DNA of 32,000 nucleotides from Bellilinea caldifistulae (GTDB lineage: Bacteria; Chloroflexota; Anaerolineae; Anaerolineales; Anaerolineaceae). The stretch covers positions 1 to 32,000 of the forward strand of contig NZ_LGHJ01000008.1 of NCBI RefSeq assembly GCF_001306055.1, read 5' to 3'. Numbering within the stretch: the stretch's first letter is position 1; the number at the start of each line of letters is the position of its first letter. A model generated the notes under the pieces. That model was not told the origin of the DNA. It did not search any database and worked only from the letters and a program-made list of their open reading frames with translations. The position numbers were made by a program, and so were the translations under genes. This document shows positions 25,982 to 32,000 of this stretch, piece after piece.

Positions 25982-26473
25982 TTATGACCATCTCGTTAAT
26001 CGTTCGCTACATTCCTCGGCGGGTAATCTTGCGCCTGATTCGAGCATTCGCCTGAGGGCTGTGGCGGCTTGCCCTGGCGTGAGAGCCTTGAAATGCACCA
26101 TCTCATCCAATAACCAGAGAACGCCATGCACTACAAGACCGTTAGCGTTGGCTAGCTCATTGAGCCGCCGATCCCCAGTCACGAGGGTTGCATCCAGCAG
26201 CTTGGCTAATAACAATGCAGCTAGGTCGATGATAGAAAGCCCTCGATGAGCTTGACGCAATTGGATTAGTTCAACCACCTGCTCAGCAGGCAGTCCGTGC
26301 GCTCTGAGTCCCAATACTTCTAGAGTCTCCCATCTGGGTCGAATGAGCTCTGGAATAGCAAAATCCGGGATCAAAAACTGATAAGGGAGGCGGAAAACCT
26401 CCACCAGTACGCCGCCATCTTCGAGGTCGATCCAAATATTGGTGTCAGTGACCAAAACCGACTGCAACGCCAT
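25982..26473 (-). CDS. PIN-like domain protein (putative toxin/nuclease)
   Basis: Acidic PIN pattern: VTDTNIWIDL near the N-terminus, IIDLAALLLA, and TGDRRL. Overlaps the upstream XRE-ImmA gene by 29 nt. Confidence 0.6.
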   Translation of the reverse strand: MALQSVLVTDTNIWIDLEDGGVLVEVFRLPYQFLIPDFAIPELIRPRWETLEVLGLRAHGLPAEQVVELIQLRQAHRGLSIIDLAALLLAKLLDATLVTGDRRLNELANANGLVVHGVLWLLDEMVHFKALTPGQAATALRRMLESGARLPAEECSERLTRWS

Positions 26474-27497
26474 CCTGTTGGAATGCCTCCGCCACCCAGT
26501 GCAGTTGTAAAGGTTCGCCGAGCAACTCTTTTGCTCTGGAACGCGAGATTACATCCTCCGCCAAAGCCCTATAGATAAGACGCTCCATGCGTAAAGGCTT
26601 TTCACTAGATAGCGCCTCACCCGGCTCCTGGCGATGCCAGCCATTGGCTCGAAAGCGGTGGAAAAGCCTCGTAGCGGCATTCTCTGAGATAATGCCTAGC
26701 TCTTTGGCTCGGAAGATCCAGGCTTGCATGCTCATACCGTACTTGTGCTTGAGCAAATACAGCTCGTTCATGTCCAGTGTAGTACGCCTGGAGCCCAGTT
26801 CGAAGCGGACTGCCTGCGCCGGGACCAGAAAAGCCCCGACAAACCGATGACAGGCAGGTTCGGGATCGAGTTCTTCTTTAATATCCAAGATCAAGTGTCC
26901 TAATTCGTGCCCCAGGTTGAAGCGCTGCCGGTCGCCAGGAAGCTCAGCCTTCGATACGATTACTGGAATACCATCAGCCATGAAAGTGCAGGAGTCGAAA
27001 TGCTCAAACCCCGAGACCAACCCCACTTTTATGCCTTGATCTTCAAGCACTTGAGTCAGGTTTTCGATTGGATCAAGGCCCAGGTTCCAGCTTTCGCGCA
27101 AACTTAAAGCAACGTCTTCTACCTGCTCTATCGCTTGTATCGAATATACGGGCAGGTTAACCGAGCGTCTTTCATCCGGGAAAAGGCTTTCGACCTCTAA
27201 GTATCGTTCTAGCCACTCTTGAATCCGCATCTGAATCGCTTCTTGCTCTTTTACACCCAGCGCGGCATGTTTGCGATACGCCTGTAACCGGACCGATATC
27301 GTATAGGGACGAAACAGGAAATCCATCGATACGTTCAGCGCCTGCGCCAGACGCAGCAGAACACTCGAGCTGGGGATATCCAGATCCCGCTCGTACTTCG
27401 AAATTGCCATTGCACTGATCTCAGCCTTTTCTGCAAGGCTTCGTAAGCTCATATTGTTCGCCTTACGGGCCTGTTTGATGCGCTGACCGATGGTCAT
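26445..27497 (-). CDS. Fused XRE-family HTH / ImmA-IrrE (COG2856, M78) metallopeptidase-domain protein
   Basis: The N-terminal HTH is IKQARKANNMSLRSLAEKAEISAMAISKYERD. The zinc-peptidase HExxH is LGHELGHLIL. AAAGGAGG SD precedes the start. Confidence 0.8.
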   Translation of the reverse strand: MTIGQRIKQARKANNMSLRSLAEKAEISAMAISKYERDLDIPSSSVLLRLAQALNVSMDFLFRPYTISVRLQAYRKHAALGVKEQEAIQMRIQEWLERYLEVESLFPDERRSVNLPVYSIQAIEQVEDVALSLRESWNLGLDPIENLTQVLEDQGIKVGLVSGFEHFDSCTFMADGIPVIVSKAELPGDRQRFNLGHELGHLILDIKEELDPEPACHRFVGAFLVPAQAVRFELGSRRTTLDMNELYLLKHKYGMSMQAWIFRAKELGIISENAATRLFHRFRANGWHRQEPGEALSSEKPLRMERLIYRALAEDVISRSRAKELLGEPLQLHWVAEAFQQDGVAVGFGH

Positions 27498-27521
27498 TAT
27501 CGCCTCCTTTCGCGTGTCTCT

Positions 27522-27559
27522 GGTTTACATTATAGCATAATTGTTTTATTTTGTAAACC
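27522..27559 (-). promoter_or_regulatory. Near-consensus promoter (TTTACA-N17-TATAAT) embedded in an 8 bp inverted repeat (operator candidate)
   Basis: On the minus strand, -35 TTTACA is at 27552..27557 and -10 TATAAT at 27529..27534, with a 17 nt spacer. GGTTTACA (27522..27529) and TGTAAACC (27552..27559) are perfect inverted repeats covering both hexamers. Confidence 0.65.
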
Positions 27560-27636
27560 GATTTGACCGAAGAGAGCGACCTCTCGCTGACCGCCGGGCA
27601 GCAACGTTTGAAATTTTGATTATTTGCAGTATTTCT

Positions 27637-28368
27637 TCAAGCTTGGTTCGATAGCAACGCTAATCTGGGCAATTCATCCCATGTCCGGCCGTCCAACTTT
27701 CGTCCTGATTTCTTCTTGTTTGTTCCTCCCCACTGTTTGAAAAAGAACGGAACGTTGGCATCTAGGCATTGATCTCGAATATCACAAACCCAAGATTCTT
27801 GAATGGGGCGAGCTCCTGGTCCAGATTCACCACCTACAATTACCCAATGAATCCCCGATAGATTTAGATTTACAAGAGGACCCAATAATGGTTCGAGTGA
27901 AAGAAATCTTATTGCGGCGTGTGTCTCCCGTAAGTGGTCTATTCTAAATGCGTAGTTTTGATTTTCTACACTCACTCCCATCCATACATTCTCAGGCCAA
28001 TACAGTTCTTTATCAAGTTCCAATAATCTATCAGAGCGCTTGGTAAGTACCTGAAAAGTGTGCCAGTGGGCCTTAGTCATCGTATCGAAAACCTTTTGGA
28101 TGAACTCCAGCGGGACATCTTCATGGAAAAGGTCACTCATCGAATTGACAAAAATCATTTGCGGTTGTTTCCAGTTTAGAGGAATTTCTAAGGCATGATC
28201 ATGTAGAGTAAGATCGAAACCGTTACGATAATTTGACTGCCCCATTGCTTGAAGCCGTTTAGCCATTCTTTCCGCGTAGCAATGTTTACATCCCGGACTA
28301 ATTTTTGTGCAACCCGTTAACGGATTCCAGGTTGATTCTGTCCATTCGATGGCAGAATTGGAAGCCAT
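27637..28368 (-). CDS. DUF5131 / phage Gp37-Gp68 family three-Cys-motif protein
   Basis: The N-terminus [30 protein letters not shown] has C20-x6-C27-x2-C30. Later blocks are [26 protein letters not shown] and FFFKQWG. AGGAGG SD precedes the start. Family name is from memory. Confidence 0.75.
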   Translation of the reverse strand: MASNSAIEWTESTWNPLTGCTKISPGCKHCYAERMAKRLQAMGQSNYRNGFDLTLHDHALEIPLNWKQPQMIFVNSMSDLFHEDVPLEFIQKVFDTMTKAHWHTFQVLTKRSDRLLELDKELYWPENVWMGVSVENQNYAFRIDHLRETHAAIRFLSLEPLLGPLVNLNLSGIHWVIVGGESGPGARPIQESWVCDIRDQCLDANVPFFFKQWGGTNKKKSGRKLDGRTWDELPRLALLSNQA

Positions 28369-28422
28369 AAGAATTCCTCCTATCGATACACCTGTAATAA
28401 TTATGGCACAAATGTTCTTGTA

Positions 28423-29523
28423 TTATATATCGACTTTGAACTCGACAACCGCATCGTCTGGAAATGCACCTCTGCGTCGTTTCTTGCCACAAACTTTGTT
28501 AGGGTTCACACATAAGAGATCCTGTTCTTCTAAAAGTCTTAATGCTTTTTTCATTTGGCTACTTGTATAAGGCGTCTGATTTTCAACAAAAACCCGAATT
28601 TCACTTACTTGGACTTTTTGTGAGGTAAAAGCAGATAAGATTAGTTCAGACAAGGCATTAGACGAATCCATTTCAAACAACACGAGCTGATTAGGATTTG
28701 TCGCATCCGAAAATCTAAACCCACTTTCAGGATCAACTTTCCAAAAAGCTTCTTTCATCCGAGCATGACCAAGCGGATGGTTAGTTGCAAAGAAAAGGTA
28801 ATAGAGTACCCGATCTCGCTGGTCTCTCATCTCAAAATATCGTACAAACCGAGCATGATTTTGGAGTTGTGATAAATATAAACGGCGTAAGGCTTCCAAT
28901 CGATCCCCACCTGAACGAATTACATCCAAAACCTGGCGGGTGCCAAACAGATCAATAATGTGCTGCTGTGTTTGTGGATCGGAGCGTTCGATGAAACGAT
29001 TTACAAAGTCAATCATGACATTAACGAATACTTCTGTATGCGGGTTCTGCAATAATTGCTTTACCAAATCAAAGGAGAGACCTTTAAAACCGAAAGGATC
29101 AATGAAGGCAAAAATTGGAGCAAGATTAGAATTAGCCCGTCTTGCTTGGTCAAAAATCTGTTCCAAAATACAATGAAATTCGCCAGTTTCTACGATAAGC
29201 CTGAAATTAGGTGGAATGGTTAGCAGAGCGATTTCTTGCTTAAGATGCTCGATTCGGTCCGGGTTTGTGTCAATGAAAAGGAACACAACCTCGCTGTTCT
29301 GCAATAAAGAATGATGTTTTATGGCTTCTTTCAATGCTATGATAGGTGAGCCATCTTCTCCCCCTATATAACGCCCGGGACCGCAGAAACCATCTAGATA
29401 CATGATACGAGGGATCTTCTGCCCCAAGATGCCAAACCACGCTCCTAAGTAACGACGCAGGATTTCGTGTTTTATTTGCGTATGCGGTTCGATTTTCCAT
29501 ATTGTTTCTGACGATTTTGCCAT
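28423..29523 (-). CDS. Three-Cys-motif partner protein TcmP-like (Rossmann methyltransferase-like motifs)
   Basis: The N-terminus WKIEPHTQIKHEILRRYLGAWFGIL is as I recall for TIGR04474. MYLDGFCGPG is motif-I-like, VVFLFID has a motif-II acidic residue, and FAFIDPFG is motif-IV-like. Ends 54 nt upstream of the DUF5131 gene. Confidence 0.65.
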   Translation of the reverse strand: MAKSSETIWKIEPHTQIKHEILRRYLGAWFGILGQKIPRIMYLDGFCGPGRYIGGEDGSPIIALKEAIKHHSLLQNSEVVFLFIDTNPDRIEHLKQEIALLTIPPNFRLIVETGEFHCILEQIFDQARRANSNLAPIFAFIDPFGFKGLSFDLVKQLLQNPHTEVFVNVMIDFVNRFIERSDPQTQQHIIDLFGTRQVLDVIRSGGDRLEALRRLYLSQLQNHARFVRYFEMRDQRDRVLYYLFFATNHPLGHARMKEAFWKVDPESGFRFSDATNPNQLVLFEMDSSNALSELILSAFTSQKVQVSEIRVFVENQTPYTSSQMKKALRLLEEQDLLCVNPNKVCGKKRRRGAFPDDAVVEFKVDI

Positions 29524-29687
29524 TAACCGCTCGATTGTCTCTCTCTGTGATCAACTATCACAAATGTTTACCGATTGACGCGGAAGATTGATTGCTCTTG
29601 GATCGAATTAACGATCACATAACTATTGGAAAGGTGCTCGGCAGCCTGAAAGAGTAGTCGATCTTCATGTAATGATTGCTAGATTAC

Positions 29688-30431
29688 TCATGGCCGTTGA
29701 GAAAAATCATTACATTCTACAAATAGTTCTCCTCGCTCTTGATCTGTTATCGAACGAGTGTGAAATTGGAGTCCCCAATTTCTTAGCACATCGTATTTTG
29801 ACCATATTTTAGGATAAAAATGACGAAATATAAATCGGACAAAATGCCCTATACTAATTGGACCAAATACCGGCCAACGACACTCCTCGTTAAGCAGGTG
29901 TAAATGCGAGGCTGGATGTGTGTCAGTTTGTGATCCGGGGTCAAAATCGAATCGGAAGGGAGTTGAAAGCCGTAGCAGGTTTTGCAGACGGGAAAATTCC
30001 GATTCTGAAATCGCAGCTCTTAATGCATCAATTTCCTGAGTGAGCAACAAGTCGAACAGAGTGACAAAATCGTGTCCTGTCTGTATGGACTCAATATCCG
30101 AAGAAGTAATGACCAAGGGGCAGGGATAATAACAATTTCGATGTTTCGACAAAGTATTATTTGTATACAAATACCCAAATTGGATAATTGACCCATCAAA
30201 TAGCATACAATGATAATGCCTATTTTCTATCAGGTTTCGATATTCAGTTATTGTCGCAAACCTTCCAACCAAAGCATCAAATAGTCTATCTGGAGCATTT
30301 GCCCAGGTCAGGATTGAATCGTGACCAGAGTCCCGAATAATTGCCGAATTCCAATCAATAGCTAACCCCTCCTCTAAAAGAAAAGAAAGCAATTCGTTTA
30401 TCTGTCTTACCAGTGCTCTAGCGGTCATCAT
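29688..30431 (-). CDS. Hypothetical protein, helicase partner (possibly DUF2290-like)
   Basis: Start set at ATGATG 30431/30428, which overlaps the helicase stop within ATGATGACCGCTAG. Has a conserved-looking C-terminal block RFDFDPGSQTDTHPASHLHLLNEECRWPVFGPISIGHFVRFIF. The family assignment is unverified. Confidence 0.55.
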   Translation of the reverse strand: MMTARALVRQINELLSFLLEEGLAIDWNSAIIRDSGHDSILTWANAPDRLFDALVGRFATITEYRNLIENRHYHCMLFDGSIIQFGYLYTNNTLSKHRNCYYPCPLVITSSDIESIQTGHDFVTLFDLLLTQEIDALRAAISESEFSRLQNLLRLSTPFRFDFDPGSQTDTHPASHLHLLNEECRWPVFGPISIGHFVRFIFRHFYPKIWSKYDVLRNWGLQFHTRSITDQERGELFVECNDFSQRP

Positions 30432-32000
30432 CCTCACCCGATCTCCCAAACAGCTCTTCCAATTGGGTTCGAAGTTCGCTAGGCAAATTTTCGATGGCAA
30501 GATCTCCACTTGTAACTTGGGCAACAAAGTCCGCGAGGGTTTGCTGCATTTTCTGAACCTTCTCTCTTTCCTTGGGGGTCATGTCACGATGGATTTTTCG
30601 TAATCTTTCGAGTTCTACGGGAGTAGGAACTCGAAATCTAAGTTGGTAATTATCCAAAACCACCTTATCTACTTCAGACTTCAGTCCTTCCATAGCTGTT
30701 CCGCACCCAAACAACCTAACCCACGCCTTAGATCGAGTTATTGCAGTGAAAATAATATTGCGGCGCTTGCTTAACTCAAATCCTTCAAATGCATACTCGC
30801 TGTTCAAAACATAAACCATTGGGGCTTCATTACCTTTAGCCCTATAGATTCCGGTGATTGCAACCGACTCATCCTTGAAAAGTTCATCACGACTGCTGGT
30901 TACGCCTGCAAGATGAGTAGGGATATTTAATTGATTTAACTCTCTAAACAATATGGCAGCCTCCTCTTGGGCAGTTAAAGGATCAGAGAGGATAATTAGA
31001 ATATCTCGAAATTCCAATTCGTCTTCGGTCAGATTCTTTTTTATCTCACGTGCGACTGCTTTAGCTTGTGTAACTTTATCGGGAAACACCTGACAAAGTA
31101 TTGCATCATCTGAATCAAGTAATTGTTCGAAATAATCTGGATACGAATCCGAACGGCGTTTGAGAGCTACCTCTTGCCCTGGAGCAAGTGCACCAGATAC
31201 GACATGATACCCAACTTCTTCCCAGAGCCCCTGGGGATCATTGAAATATTGAACCAAACCTTGGTCGCGCTTTATGCCAAATCCAAGAGCATGAGCGATT
31301 GTTAATGCCCAGGGGGTGTTACGGTAACAAACGGGTAAAACAATATCCTGAGATGGCGATCCTTTCTCATTACGTAGCTCAGAGACTCGAGGCGAACCGC
31401 TAGAATCTTTTCCGAACAATTCGGAAGGTGGCACCATCGAATAACGACTGAGGTTTTGTAATTCGTCGTAAGCGTATACTATTCGTTTGGGTTCACGGGT
31501 CGCAAGATATGCCAACTCAAAGAAGGATTGTGGGAAATCCTGCGCTTCGTCTATAAGGACTACATCAAATATTGGCTGGAATTTCGCTTCACCGACTTCT
31601 TGTAGCAATTCTTGGCATACACCATCAAAAGCTGTAGGAGCGCCAAATGTACTTTTTGCATAATTGAAATCCTTGGGCAAAACGCCGTGAGCCATGGCAA
31701 CTTCGGAATAAAAGCCGGGCTGATTCGAACTACCCCAAGCATGAATGATGCGCAAATTTTCCCAGTTGGGTTCATCATTAATTTGATCGAAAGTGAAACG
31801 TCTGACAAGATCCTCAAATTGTTGATAGAGTGATCGGGTTTGAAAAGTAATCGCGATCTTCCATTCCGGTTTTAGTACATGAAGATAAGCTGCTTTCAAA
31901 GCCAAAACGATCGTCTTGCCTGAACCCGCTAGACCGCGAATTCTCTGCACCCCATCAGGCATTTCAACCGCGGCACTATTTTGCCATTTATCCAAATTAG
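30418..32000 (-). CDS. SF1 (UvrD/DUF2075-like) helicase, 5'-partial at window edge
   Basis: The frame is open to nt 32000. Motifs are Walker A IRGLAGSGKT, motif II VLIDEAQDF, VCYRNTPW, GIYRAKGNEAP and FTAITRSKAW. PEWKI after Walker A is shared with the 14550..16613 helicase. Confidence 0.8.
   Translation of the reverse strand, partial: NLDKWQNSAAVEMPDGVQRIRGLAGSGKTIVLALKAAYLHVLKPEWKIAITFQTRSLYQQFEDLVRRFTFDQINDEPNWENLRIIHAWGSSNQPGFYSEVAMAHGVLPKDFNYAKSTFGAPTAFDGVCQELLQEVGEAKFQPIFDVVLIDEAQDFPQSFFELAYLATREPKRIVYAYDELQNLSRYSMVPPSELFGKDSSGSPRVSELRNEKGSPSQDIVLPVCYRNTPWALTIAHALGFGIKRDQGLVQYFNDPQGLWEEVGYHVVSGALAPGQEVALKRRSDSYPDYFEQLLDSDDAILCQVFPDKVTQAKAVAREIKKNLTEDELEFRDILIILSDPLTAQEEAAILFRELNQLNIPTHLAGVTSSRDELFKDESVAITGIYRAKGNEAPMVYVLNSEYAFEGFELSKRRNIIFTAITRSKAWVRLFGCGTAMEGLKSEVDKVVLDNYQLRFRVPTPVELERLRKIHRDMTPKEREKVQKMQQTLADFVAQVTSGDLAIENLPSELRTQLEELFGRSGEDDDR

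Noticed and set aside
1-32000. Search for tRNA, rRNA, tmRNA and RNase P signatures
   Set aside because: No T-loop GGTTCGAATCC-type boxes in a cloverleaf context were seen, and no rRNA-like or RNase P conserved blocks were seen by eye. A proper tRNAscan/Infernal run is still needed.

Overview
This window is a bacterial chromosomal segment with mostly about 55-60% G+C by spot counts. No rRNA, tRNA or CRISPR array was seen, and the taxon cannot be set without a search. Layout from left to right follows. (1) A glycerol/dihydroxyacetone cluster, glpF-dhaK-dhaL, lies behind a DhaR/AcoR-type GAF-PAS-AAA+-HTH regulator whose reading frame is broken by one in-frame TAA. (2) A GbsR/MarR-type regulator precedes an ABC-2 exporter pair, separated by a terminator/antiterminator structure that overlaps the regulator stop codon. 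(3) An NfeD-SPFH (stomatin) pair, a RimI-like GNAT and a small SWIM zinc-finger gene follow; the SWIM gene sits behind a promoter, leader and terminator. (4) An orphan flavin-dependent halogenase (WxWxIP motif), two tandem paralogous secreted proteins and an LLM/F420-type oxidoreductase come next. (5) A NERD (PD-ExK) + SF1 helicase fusion lies downstream of a lipoprotein gene whose signal peptide is out of frame with any canonical start. (6) An integrative element of about 7.6 kb (18.05-25.7 kb) resembles an actinomycete integrative and conjugative element (AICE). It carries an excisionase-type HTH, a DnaA-N-like initiator with 11 iteron-like 20-21 bp repeats inside its own ORF, membrane lipoproteins, an FtsK/SpoIIIE translocase, ParA, an RHH protein, five TAGGGCGTCC repeats and a tyrosine integrase. 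(7) A YjzC-like gene, a PIN-like gene and a fused XRE-ImmA/IrrE gene follow, the last with a near-consensus promoter and operator. (8) A clearly AT-richer cassette runs to the window edge: SF1 helicase (partial), a translationally coupled unknown partner, TcmP (methyltransferase-like motifs) and a DUF5131/Gp37-Gp68 three-Cys protein. I consider this cassette the best candidate for an uncharacterised DNA-modification/defence system. The iteron-in-ORF initiator of the integrative element and the NERD-helicase are the runners-up. All family names come from motif reading and memory, not from database searches.
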